46,665 bases of DNA. Source: a virus. Its lineage: Duplodnaviria; Caudoviricetes. Of this stretch, positions 17,751-25,876 are shown in pieces. Position 1 is the first letter of the stretch, and each line of letters opens with the position of its first letter. The position numbers and the translations under genes were made by a program. The stretch spans positions 1 through 46,665 of the IMG/VR virus record IMGVR_UViG_3300022173_000056. One strand, given 5' to 3'. The notes under the pieces are model-generated. The model did not search any database. It had not been told where the DNA came from and was given only the letters and a program-made list of their open reading frames with translations.

Positions 17751-18045
17751 CTTCTGTTTTCTCCTCTGGTTTCACGCCAGCCTTTTTGTTGGCTTCGGCG
17801 GTGATGAATAGTTCACGTTTACGCTGTAACAGTGCAACCATCGCTGGGTAGTCTACTGGTGCCCCCAGCTTCGGGCTGCGGTCGAGATAGATATCAATCG
17901 TTGGCTCCGCAGCAGCCTCAGCCAACAACTCAGCCCCTTCCTTCCCTGTCGGTGTGTACGTGTTTGTATCCACGTTCAAGGTACCGACTACGGGGAGAGC
18001 TTCGAGGGCTTCTGTCACTGCCCCTTTCTTTTTCGTGCTAATCAC
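17737..18045 (-). CDS. Hypothetical protein
   Basis: AGGAGG RBS; coupled. Confidence 0.7.
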   Translation of the reverse strand: MISTKKKGAVTEALEALPVVGTLNVDTNTYTPTGKEGAELLAEAAAEPTIDIYLDRSPKLGAPVDYPAMVALLQRKRELFITAEANKKAGVKPEEKTEDEAD

Positions 18046-18329
18046 CAGCGCCCTCCTGTATCCCCAGCTCGTCGCTTCATGGCGATATACTGGTATTGGT
18101 TATCGTGGATTTTGCGCTGGAAGAGATGCACCCGACCGGAAACGAACGCGTCGATTGCAATGTTAGCGAGGTCATCGATATCCCCATTGGGTTCAATAAT
18201 AGCCTCTCCACTGTCAGCATAGTCAACGATACGGCCCCGATCACGAGCGAGATAGCCAGAATGATAGATATAAATCTTACCAGTGCGACTACGCTCGATC
18301 CAATCACGAAACTTCTCCACTCGCGTCAT
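18042..18329 (-). CDS. Conserved hypothetical protein
   Basis: YHSGYLARDR..GRVHLFQRK..YQYIA motif pattern. Confidence 0.7.
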   Translation of the reverse strand: MTRVEKFRDWIERSRTGKIYIYHSGYLARDRGRIVDYADSGEAIIEPNGDIDDLANIAIDAFVSGRVHLFQRKIHDNQYQYIAMKRRAGDTGGRW

Positions 18330-18331
18330 AT

Positions 18332-18730
18332 TTAAATCTTCCTTCCAAGTCCCTGCTCCACAAACTTCTCGAACGCCTCAGTCGGCAGCTTGCCATAGCC
18401 AACGAGACAGCCGTTCGGGTCGAAATAGCCGAGATTAACAACGGGATTGTCTTTCGTAGGAAGCACGGCGACGAAACTGCCGATATCGAACGGGGCCGGG
18501 CCGACATGCTCTGAGATTACATCCACCACATGCTTGGCAGCTTCACCGGTGAAGTAGATATAGTGCCCGCCTTGGGCTTCAAGCTGGTCCCGCATCTGCT
18601 GGGTGAAAGCGACTTCGTAAGTCTGGCAGATGGTTTCAACCTTGTCGGTCTCTTGCGCCGACGCGTAAAGCGTCGTAGCACCTACAAACAAGGTTGTCAA
18701 GAGGAACAGCGCGATTAGGAATTTCTTCAT
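18332..18730 (-). CDS. Secreted/periplasmic protein
   Basis: MKKFLIALFLLTTLFVGATTLYASA Sec signal; two Cys; AAGGAG RBS. Confidence 0.75.
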   Translation of the reverse strand: MKKFLIALFLLTTLFVGATTLYASAQETDKVETICQTYEVAFTQQMRDQLEAQGGHYIYFTGEAAKHVVDVISEHVGPAPFDIGSFVAVLPTKDNPVVNLGYFDPNGCLVGYGKLPTEAFEKFVEQGLGRKI

Positions 18731-18833
18731 TGACTTGGCACTCCTTTAGGCATATAGTCCAGAGATGTCACTTCTGTCTGATTACCGCATTCGTATTCAC
18801 GATCTGCTCGCTGCGGATGATATCGAGCAAACG

Positions 18834-19019
18834 CTAGTTTCCGAAGGTGTCGCCCCTGCCGTCGCCAGTCGTATCGCTGGAAGCAGGGCAGTTGTCGCCC
18901 AAGCAAGCGTTATCAGGCGGAAACAATTTGTCAAGCCCCCATTTGGCGAATGTGAACCAGCCGAAAGCGAAGAGACCCCAGCCGAGAACGAATAGGATTA
19001 CGATCCCATTCTCGGTCAC
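18834..19019 (-). CDS. Small membrane protein
   Basis: GTG overlapping the upstream TGA; one TM helix. Confidence 0.45.
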   Translation of the reverse strand: MTENGIVILFVLGWGLFAFGWFTFAKWGLDKLFPPDNACLGDNCPASSDTTGDGRGDTFGN

Positions 19020-19198
19020 GATATCGGCGCTCCCATCATAAGCCAAATCCCGAAGAGAATGCAGGCGACCGCAGCTTGAATTGCAACGACATAGCCGAAA
19101 GCTTTCGCAAATCCTTTGACAGTGAACTCATCGCCTACCATATAGCAGAAGCTAGCAAACGCTGCTGTGGCGATAAGCCATCCGATAAACCCAATCAT
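19016..19198 (-). CDS. Small 2-TM membrane protein
   Basis: Hydrophobic; ATGA coupling. Confidence 0.55.
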   Translation of the reverse strand: MIGFIGWLIATAAFASFCYMVGDEFTVKGFAKAFGYVVAIQAAVACILFGIWLMMGAPIS

Positions 19199-19443
19199 TT
19201 CCCACTCCCTTCGATCTGCCAAATGATCCGATTGATCCGGGCAGATGTGCCGACTACATTCGCAAGGTTCTCGCCATTGTCAATGATAGAGAACCGCGTT
19301 TTCGCTTTGATATAAGCCTCGTGGACTTCATCCAGCTCTTGCTTCTGCGCATCGTTTGCGTTTAAACGCACTGCATAGATACGGTGCCGCATAGCGGCGA
19401 ATTGTTCTTCACGCAACGTCGATCCTCCTCGGGTCCAGAGCAT
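19195..19443 (-). CDS. Hypothetical protein
   Basis: Operon orientation. Confidence 0.55.
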   Translation of the reverse strand: MLWTRGGSTLREEQFAAMRHRIYAVRLNANDAQKQELDEVHEAYIKAKTRFSIIDNGENLANVVGTSARINRIIWQIEGSGK

Positions 19444-19774
19444 TACGGAGAGATTGAAGGAAGGCTTTGGTAGTGTTAAGAATTTCAGTTAAGTCTTTGG
19501 AGTTAGCTACAAGCCCATTCCAACGATCCATACGAGCAAGCTGTCCCTCTACTCGCGCAAGGTAATACATCTGATCCTGTAAGGAGGACTGTCCTGCCAG
19601 TGCCCGTTCACCACGGAGCCAGCTAGCTCTCTGCTCTTCCAAAACCTTTTCCTGTTCTTCGTTTGTGAGAGCATTGAACGCTACTGTGGCAGTATGGATA
19701 AGGTCTTGTAGTGGGGTGTGGCCCAGACATTTACCTTCGAGGTTCTTACTGGTGCAAGACATTTCTCTCTCCAT
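19409..19774 (-). CDS. Hypothetical protein, first gene of the leftward operon
   Basis: ORF adjacent to the divergent intergenic region. Confidence 0.6.
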   Translation of the reverse strand: MEREMSCTSKNLEGKCLGHTPLQDLIHTATVAFNALTNEEQEKVLEEQRASWLRGERALAGQSSLQDQMYYLARVEGQLARMDRWNGLVANSKDLTEILNTTKAFLQSLRNALDPRRIDVA

Positions 19775-19887
19775 GAATTAGTGAGGTTCCACCGCGTTTA
19801 AACGATAGCGCGTCACCTCTTTACAGCCTCTAGAAAGCTGGAACCGCTTTCGCCCGCCTAACTTAGCGTTTTCAACGGCTTACGGAA

Positions 19888-19904
19888 TGCGGCAAAATGT
19901 CGCA
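19888..19904. promoter_or_regulatory. RegR/RegA/ActR-type box (GCGGC-N5-GTCGC) in the divergent promoter region
   Basis: TGCGGCAAAATGTCGCA matches the RegR box consensus; intergenic between divergent operons. Confidence 0.5.
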
Positions 19905-19983
19905 CTTGTATTGCAGCGCAAACCGCTCATTTTTGCCAAGCGGCGATAGTGCTTGCGCAAAATCTCACAGTTGGAGCTACACG

Positions 19984-20469
19984 ATGAAAGAGGCTAGGAT
20001 CATATTCCCGGTCAATGGTGCTTTGAATGCTGCGACGGTGGAAGCAATCCACAACATTACCCACGCATTCGGCGGCGCTACTGAGTTCACCGGGACAGGC
20101 ATTTGGAAACACCCAAATGGTATGTTCGTGCAAGAGAATGTGCGTATCTGTGACATTGCTTATGAGCAGAACACAGAGAATGATCTGATACTCTTCGGCA
20201 TCGCGAAAGCGTTTCGTGACGTGACGAATGAGGTGGAGGTGTATCTGCGATATGGCAATGGCCAAGTGCAGATGATATCGGAAAAGGCCGACATGATGGA
20301 CAATGGACGGCCTAACTGTTGGTACTCGCCCGACTATGCAGGTATCGTCGATGCAATCAATTCGCTTATTGACGACGGCCAGACACCGGGAACGCGGATC
20401 GGGGCGTTTGAGTTCTTGTTTAAACGCATGAAGGACGGCAGCAAGGGAAATCACAATGTCAACAAGTGA
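19984..20469 (+). CDS. Hypothetical protein, DUF3574/PII-like fold candidate
   Basis: AFGGAT..GTGIW..NG..VQE..EVEVY pattern; GGAG RBS; first gene of the rightward early operon. Confidence 0.5.
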   Translation: MKEARIIFPVNGALNAATVEAIHNITHAFGGATEFTGTGIWKHPNGMFVQENVRICDIAYEQNTENDLILFGIAKAFRDVTNEVEVYLRYGNGQVQMISEKADMMDNGRPNCWYSPDYAGIVDAINSLIDDGQTPGTRIGAFEFLFKRMKDGSKGNHNVNK

Positions 20470-20638
20470 AGCGATTAGCATTGTCAAAGGTGATACGCCA
20501 GACTGCAGCAAGCACGAAACGCTTGCGGCGTGGCAGCATCTCGTTGACAATGGCACGATCTGGAACATGGGATATCGTTACTCCGCACTCGCGGCCTGCA
20601 TGATCGAGGCAGGCACTCTGGAAAGGAACCCGGCGTGA
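20456..20638 (+). CDS. Hypothetical protein
   Basis: AWQHLVDNG.IW..GYRY..A..MIEAG conserved-looking phage pattern. Confidence 0.65.
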   Translation: MSTSEAISIVKGDTPDCSKHETLAAWQHLVDNGTIWNMGYRYSALAACMIEAGTLERNPA

Positions 20639-20847
20639 AGATTACTATTCACAAACCCAAGGTGCATGTCAAGCCTGAGCATGTGAAGCACTCTGCTTCT
20701 CTGTTCACGATTGGCGGCACCGTATTCGAAGCGGCTCATTTGTTCTATCCGTCTGGGCTGATACTGATCTGTATCGGCGCAATGGTTGCGATCTATGAGC
20801 CCTATTTTGTCCATGAGCTAGCCGACGTTGAGGTGAACCATGATTGA
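20635..20847 (+). CDS. Small membrane protein
   Basis: GTGA coupling; hydrophobic segments. Confidence 0.6.
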   Translation: MKITIHKPKVHVKPEHVKHSASLFTIGGTVFEAAHLFYPSGLILICIGAMVAIYEPYFVHELADVEVNHD

Positions 20848-21301
20848 GGCACTTGTCCTATTCCTAGCCCGGTTCGTACTGGGCTTTTTCTTTGTGAGCT
20901 ATCGCTTTCGCTGGTTCTATGATCCGACGCCGGTTGACGGAGTGCCGATCTGCTCACCGTTTCGTCATCTCAATCTGAGGAGGAAGCTATGTCACTGTGG
21001 ATGGGGAATGAGCGAGAAGTTGGCGGCTTTTGTCGCGACTGCGGAAGTTCTAGCTGGCTTGGGAGTGATATTTGGGCTCCTGACTACGCTATCAGCTCTA
21101 GGACTTCTTGGTATTCTACTGGTTGCTACTCTCTGTACTGCGAAAGACAAGACGCTGAGACAGAACCCGGTAGATAAGATTGACGTTGTGAATTGCTATC
21201 TGTGGAACCCCGAACCTGTCTATATCGTGCTTGCGATTGTAGTCGCAACCTTCGGTGGTGGCTGGTTCTCCCTCGATACTCTATGGAGGAGCCTACTATG
21301 A
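20840..21301 (+). CDS. DoxX family membrane protein
   Basis: [33 protein letters not shown] pattern; 4 TM helices. Confidence 0.75.
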   Translation: MIEALVLFLARFVLGFFFVSYRFRWFYDPTPVDGVPICSPFRHLNLRRKLCHCGWGMSEKLAAFVATAEVLAGLGVIFGLLTTLSALGLLGILLVATLCTAKDKTLRQNPVDKIDVVNCYLWNPEPVYIVLAIVVATFGGGWFSLDTLWRSLL

Positions 21302-21441
21302 GCTATCATATCAACGGTAAGACAGGGCTGAGTAAGAAAGAGTGGAAGCGTGAGGGGCGAAACACGCTTGACCGGCTGACGATTTATTTCGCCGTGCCCT
21401 TGCTAATCGCGTTAACGTGGCTATCCTATCGAATGCAGTAA
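21298..21441 (+). CDS. Small membrane protein
   Basis: GGAGGAG RBS; ATGA coupling; C-terminal TM helix. Confidence 0.55.
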   Translation: MSYHINGKTGLSKKEWKREGRNTLDRLTIYFAVPLLIALTWLSYRMQ

Positions 21442-21549
21442 CGCGTTGGGCCATGTTGCTGCATTCGCCGCCATAGTATCTCTGATAGCTTTGAGACGGA
21501 GCCCAGAGATACTTTTTATAATCTGTCTCCTGTTATATGGACAAGCACA

Positions 21550-21897
21550 ATGAGCAAGACAAAAGGTCACAAGGAAGCCGTGCGTTTAAACAAGATCGCG
21601 GCTGAGCTTGATCGGAAACATCCCGAGCCGATGAGCCTCATGCACAAGCGGGAGAAGCAGGGAGAAATCCCCAGCGCTCCGATGAAAAAGCCCGAACACG
21701 CTAAGGGTGTGGTCGAGCGAGCTGCGACCGCATGGGCCGAATGGGAAAACTCCGATCCGTTCGCGTATGGACGGACTGCCCTTCATGTCCGTCAGGGCTA
21801 TCTCGATCCGAAGGAAGTTGAGCGGGAGATGGGGCAACGGACGATTGCTCGTCGCGTGGCCAAGGCAAGGGAAGTCGAACATGCGAAGCGTAGCTGA
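21550..21897 (+). CDS. Hypothetical basic protein
   Basis: Operon orientation. Confidence 0.6.
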   Translation: MSKTKGHKEAVRLNKIAAELDRKHPEPMSLMHKREKQGEIPSAPMKKPEHAKGVVERAATAWAEWENSDPFAYGRTALHVRQGYLDPKEVEREMGQRTIARRVAKAREVEHAKRS

Positions 21898-22093
21898 ATT
21901 TGTGAAGGCCGAACGTGCTTGGCCGAGGGGAACCCGGATCAAGTATGCCAAGGCGATGGCAAAGAAAGAGCCCGATAGCAAGGAGTTCTGGAATGCCGTT
22001 CTGATTGCGTATGGTGTGAATGTGGCCACTGGTCGCGTCCTCCCGTCAACTTCATGGACCTTAGAGAGGAGCCTAGCAGATGTCAAGCGGTAA
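21881..22093 (+). CDS. Hypothetical protein
   Basis: Short overlaps with both neighbours. Confidence 0.5.
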   Translation: MRSVAEFVKAERAWPRGTRIKYAKAMAKKEPDSKEFWNAVLIAYGVNVATGRVLPSTSWTLERSLADVKR

Positions 22094-22274
22094 AAGGGAG
22101 CCACGGAGCCCATGGCAGCGATACGGTAAGAAAAAGTGGATGTATTCCACAACGTATCAGTTATGGCGTGAAGCAGTGAAAGTGCATGGTGCAATGAGCG
22201 AAAAAGCTATTGCGCTTTCGTGCCAACATGCTAAGACCATGAGCGTTAAAAATTCGGCGTGTGTGACTGCTTAA
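22080..22274 (+). CDS. Hypothetical basic protein
   Basis: GAGGAG RBS. Confidence 0.55.
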   Translation: MSSGKREPRSPWQRYGKKKWMYSTTYQLWREAVKVHGAMSEKAIALSCQHAKTMSVKNSACVTA

Positions 22275-22287
22275 CAAGGACTGTGCT

Positions 22288-22911
22288 ATGTATCAGGATC
22301 ATGTTTCTATATTGAACGCTGCTATGAGGCATGATCCTGATATCTTCGTGCGTGGTGTGACGTTTGCGTTTCTGAGTATTCGAGTGCAGTTTATCCGTGT
22401 CTCTGCCCAGATGGCAGAGGTAGACAATGCAGGAGTGAAGGCGAGGGCGTTGTGGGGACACAAGCGGGGCGCTTATGATTATCTTCGTTTAAACAAGATG
22501 GCTTTGCACAAGCAAGTATGTGCCGCGAATGACAGCGAAACCGCGATAAGAGCTGTTGCAACCATACCGGGAATGGGCATCGTGAAAGCCGCGTTCGTGT
22601 GTCAGATGATGGGGCACGACGTTGGCTGTTTGGATAGCCGCAACCTTGAACGGCTAGGCATCCCGCCCAGAGAGTGGGAAGGCAGAAAAGGCACTTACTC
22701 GTTTAAACGCAAGGTGGAACGCTATGTGCAATTTACCGGTGGACAAGCGGAAACGCTGTGGAATGACTGGTGTGAGGACGTGGCTAAGGTCTATGCCATC
22801 TCGGCTGAGAGCATTAGCAGGGAACATCTTGTTATCGTGCCTAAAGGTATGCGTGGCCGTTTTAGTAATTGTGGCCCTGTCCCGGTAGTGAGTAATTCAA
22901 TCCCGTTTTAG
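22288..22911 (+). CDS. Helix-hairpin-helix DNA glycosylase-like protein
   Basis: IPGMGIVKAAF HhH with Lys, followed by GCLDSRN with the catalytic-position Asp, as in OGG-type enzymes. Confidence 0.65.
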   Translation: MYQDHVSILNAAMRHDPDIFVRGVTFAFLSIRVQFIRVSAQMAEVDNAGVKARALWGHKRGAYDYLRLNKMALHKQVCAANDSETAIRAVATIPGMGIVKAAFVCQMMGHDVGCLDSRNLERLGIPPREWEGRKGTYSFKRKVERYVQFTGGQAETLWNDWCEDVAKVYAISAESISREHLVIVPKGMRGRFSNCGPVPVVSNSIPF

Positions 22912-22926
22912 AAAAAGGCTAGAACG

Positions 22927-23757
22927 ATGCTTATGCAGAAGATGACTAGAGATGAATACGTGATTAAGCTCTATAGAAAGGGCTATGAGCATATCGGGGC
23001 TGGGGTGTACTCGGCTGTGCTAAGCAAGCCCGGTTCTGATACTTGCATCAAGGTTGGGCGCAACGATAATTGGCCCATGTACATTGCATGGGCAGCACAG
23101 AGGGGATATCTCGGCACCTTTGCGCCCATGGTATTCGCGTTTAAACAATATCCCAACTTCTACGTGGCAAAGATGGAGCTGCTGGTAGAAACGCTATCGC
23201 GGATCGAGAACCAAATCTATCGTTGCGAGCTTTTGGATATGGTTAACACCGCGCGGAATATGTTTAATCCGTGGATGTCACCAGAGGCAAAGGGCAAGCT
23301 TCCAATAGGCCCATGGAGAGAGTTTCTCTCTAAGCTTCACTTGGACAATCTGCTAGATGACGCGCATCTCGGAAACTGGATGGTGAGGAAAGATGGACAG
23401 ATAGTGCTTATCGATCCTACTGCTAGGGAGAAGCAAGGAAACGATCCGATCCGGATTAAAAGCGGGCAGTTGACAAGCACAGCGCGGCGTGACACAAGCA
23501 CTAAGGCAAGCGAAGAACCTTCTCGTTTAAACGCAAAGCAGGAGCATGGACAATGGACAGCACGTTTATTCTTAGAGCAGGAGAGAGGGCAAATTCCGTC
23601 AGCAGTGGGCGTTATGCCGCTGAAAGAGGTAATCCCTCAAAGGAATACAAACCCGCCCATGGAGGGCAACCTACGCCGGTTCTCTCCTCATTTCGCCCGA
23701 TGGAAAGCGGCAATGGAATGGCTCAACTTTCCTCCGCAGCAGATCAAGGACGAATAG
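22927..23757 (+). CDS. Ser/Thr protein kinase, T7 gp0.7-like
   Basis: IGAGVYSAV Gly-loop, CIKVG, DAHLGNWM catalytic loop, LIDP. Confidence 0.8.
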   Translation: MLMQKMTRDEYVIKLYRKGYEHIGAGVYSAVLSKPGSDTCIKVGRNDNWPMYIAWAAQRGYLGTFAPMVFAFKQYPNFYVAKMELLVETLSRIENQIYRCELLDMVNTARNMFNPWMSPEAKGKLPIGPWREFLSKLHLDNLLDDAHLGNWMVRKDGQIVLIDPTAREKQGNDPIRIKSGQLTSTARRDTSTKASEEPSRLNAKQEHGQWTARLFLEQERGQIPSAVGVMPLKEVIPQRNTNPPMEGNLRRFSPHFARWKAAMEWLNFPPQQIKDE

Positions 23758-24248
23758 AACCTGACACCTATTCGCCCCGCCCCATGGAGCGGAAGGGGAT
23801 GCAATCTCTGATTGCGGCTGAGATTGCACTGTCTGACAGCCCAAGGAAACAGGGCTTCAACTACGGGATCGGCTGGGGCAAGGAAATGCCGCTCCCTGCA
23901 GTGTATTTCGACGCTGTGCGTTTAAACGCAACGCTTCGGAGCCTTGCCCATGACGCCACGGCGGCTAACTGGCAAATGGAAACTGCAGTTCGCAACGTCA
24001 GGTTGGCCGAGACACACTCGGAAAAGGAGATGGCAGTCGCGGCTCTTACCATGATCGTAAAGAGCTATGACGATAACAAGGAGGTTCAAGTCGCTCTTAT
24101 GGTAGATGAGCTTGCCTCTGCCATTGACGGCATCGCCCCTCCCGATCCGCGCGGCTACACTCCCAATATGGGACTGCACTATGCAGTGAAGCCCCTGCGC
24201 AACATTGTCGAGCGGATCAAGGCATACTTTGCCAGCGTTGACGGCTAG
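23553..24248 (+). CDS. Hypothetical protein (start uncertain; 23799 is possible)
   Basis: Long ORF in operon orientation; its 5' part overlaps the kinase tail. Confidence 0.55.
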   Translation: MDSTFILRAGERANSVSSGRYAAERGNPSKEYKPAHGGQPTPVLSSFRPMESGNGMAQLSSAADQGRIEPDTYSPRPMERKGMQSLIAAEIALSDSPRKQGFNYGIGWGKEMPLPAVYFDAVRLNATLRSLAHDATAANWQMETAVRNVRLAETHSEKEMAVAALTMIVKSYDDNKEVQVALMVDELASAIDGIAPPDPRGYTPNMGLHYAVKPLRNIVERIKAYFASVDG

Positions 24249-24271
24249 CTCGTTTAAACACACAAGGCCCA

Positions 24272-24288
24272 TGCGACAACTTGTCACA
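24272..24288. promoter_or_regulatory. Second RegR-like box
   Basis: TGCGACAACTTGTCACA within the palindrome CATGCGACAACTTGTCACATG; intergenic. Confidence 0.4.
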
Positions 24289-24381
24289 TGGTAGTACCTC
24301 CAAATAGTGTACATGTTGACTACAGGCAATAACGCCGCAAGCACTCTGCAAGGTGCTTCACTACTGAGAGAGGTTACTCCG

Positions 24382-24645
24382 ATGGCTACCAAAACTCCTG
24401 CTGCTCCTGCTCCTGCCCCGTATACCGGCGTTGACACTTCGGCGTGGAAGTCGGCTGGGCGCAACCTGAAATACACCACGCTTGACGGAATGCTTTTCAT
24501 CGCGGTCCCGATCACGAATGATGTGATCAACGCCAGCCCGGTCAGTGCGAGCGGCAAAAGCAAGTCGGTCGGCAGTACGCTGGGGAACGTCGGCATTGAC
24601 GGCTTTCCTATCAAGTTCGGTGTGAACGTTTACAGCCCGGTTTAG
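24382..24645 (+). CDS. Conserved small beta-rich hypothetical protein
   Basis: SASGKS..VGSTLGN..FGVNVY signature; GAGG RBS. Confidence 0.75.
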   Translation: MATKTPAAPAPAPYTGVDTSAWKSAGRNLKYTTLDGMLFIAVPITNDVINASPVSASGKSKSVGSTLGNVGIDGFPIKFGVNVYSPV

Positions 24646-24668
24646 TCCTCCTCGGCTGTATCTAAGGG

Positions 24669-24746
24669 ATGGGGCGGGATGCCTGATAGGGTCCTGCCCC
24701 ATTTGCTTGTTTATCGCTTCCCTCGTTTAAACGAGCGACGACTGTT
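24669..24746 (+). repeat. Hairpin plus GTTTAAAC module, copy 1
   Basis: ATGGGGCGGG..CCTGCCCCATTT..TCGTTTAAACG..CTGTT; similar to 25782-25855. Confidence 0.7.
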
Positions 24747-24750
24747 AGAG

Positions 24751-25095
24751 CTAGTGCGTAGTTTGTCCGGGACTTTCGAACGTAAATCCCGTCGCCGTAG
24801 AACGTTTTCGCGGCGAAAAACGTGCCATAGCACTTTCCAACTCATGAATAATAGTATCGCGCATAAGTGCCAAATCATCGCCGTTGCACTCATAGTTTGG
24901 GTTGGCGAGATTGCCGAGCAATTGAATTTGGCGGATAGCCGCGTTCATTCGCTTGGCACCGATCCGCTTGAAGCGGTCGGCCCTGCTTTCGTTTTCCGGC
25001 ACCGGCTTGCGGCCCATGCGTCGCGCGACACTTTTTGTCCTGGGGTTTGCTGGGCTAGCTGCAACCGCCCCGCCTTTCTTTACTGATTTCGCCAT
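24751..25095 (-). CDS. Conserved basic helical hypothetical protein (possible DNA-binding protein)
   Basis: ESRADRFKRIGAKRMN..LLGNLAN.NY pattern; AAGGAG RBS; only - strand gene in the early block. Confidence 0.75.
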   Translation of the reverse strand: MAKSVKKGGAVAASPANPRTKSVARRMGRKPVPENESRADRFKRIGAKRMNAAIRQIQLLGNLANPNYECNGDDLALMRDTIIHELESAMARFSPRKRSTATGFTFESPGQTTH

Positions 25096-25327
25096 GACTG
25101 GAAACTCCTTTGCGTTTTTCAGTGGCGTCACCATAACACGGAAAATGGGGCAAGGTTGCGGCAGTCACGAACATGTGATGGGATGGAACCCCGATACCGC
25201 TTGACGCGACGCAAAAAGTCAGAACGGGCAACAGTGCTTACATATTCTCTGTTAGTAATTCATTAAGCACTATGATATAGGCTGGTTCGGCTCACTACTG
25301 AGCTACGTGCAACAAAGGGGAATAGCT

Positions 25328-25522
25328 ATGATCGACACTGCCATGAGCACAAATGAGGTTGCGGCTTTCGTGGTGCGGCTTAAGCTGCAGGGCTATAAGG
25401 TCAGTCAATTTGAAGCGGGCTGGGCTTGTGAGGTAGACGGCGCGCAACTCTTCCGTGCCACTATGATGGGGAACGAACGCTTCATGGTCCGGTTTAACGA
25501 AAGGGTGTTTCCCGATGTCTAG
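25328..25522 (+). CDS. Hypothetical protein
   Basis: AAGGGG RBS. Confidence 0.6.
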   Translation: MIDTAMSTNEVAAFVVRLKLQGYKVSQFEAGWACEVDGAQLFRATMMGNERFMVRFNERVFPDV

Positions 25523-25754
25523 AGATACCGATTTAGAAGATGTAAGCTTCGGGGCTTGTCACCGGTCAGTGATAGTGGTGCGGGGCAAATCGCGGCGTGA
25601 GATACGCAAGGAGGTCAAGCTTCGTAATTGGAAGATAGAGGGCGAAAATCCGGGCGGTGTCTATGCAAGCGACTGCAAAGCATTGCGAGTGCTACGGACT
25701 GACGGCGGCTTATGGGAAGCGATCTGCTTGCGAAACGTCTATTGGGACGTTTAG
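25515..25754 (+). CDS. Hypothetical protein
   Basis: Coupled to the upstream gene. Confidence 0.55.
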   Translation: MSRDTDLEDVSFGACHRSVIVVRGKSRREIRKEVKLRNWKIEGENPGGVYASDCKALRVLRTDGGLWEAICLRNVYWDV

Positions 25755-25781
25755 CGTTTAAACGCTAAGGTTGTATTGAGC

Positions 25782-25855
25782 ATGGGGCAGGGTGCCATAA
25801 TCCTGCCCCATTTCTATTGCTATCTGCTAACGTCGTTTAAACGCGGCGGGCTGTT
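25782..25855 (+). repeat. Hairpin plus GTTTAAAC module, copy 2
   Basis: ATGGGGCAGG..CCTGCCCCATTT..TCGTTTAAACG..CTGTT. Confidence 0.7.
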
Positions 25856-25876
25856 TCTCATTCAAAGGACTAGAAG

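Noticed and set aside
18765-18995. + strand 76-aa ORF inside the leftward operon
   Set aside because: It overlaps a coupled - strand membrane ORF and has no clear RBS, though it cannot be fully excluded
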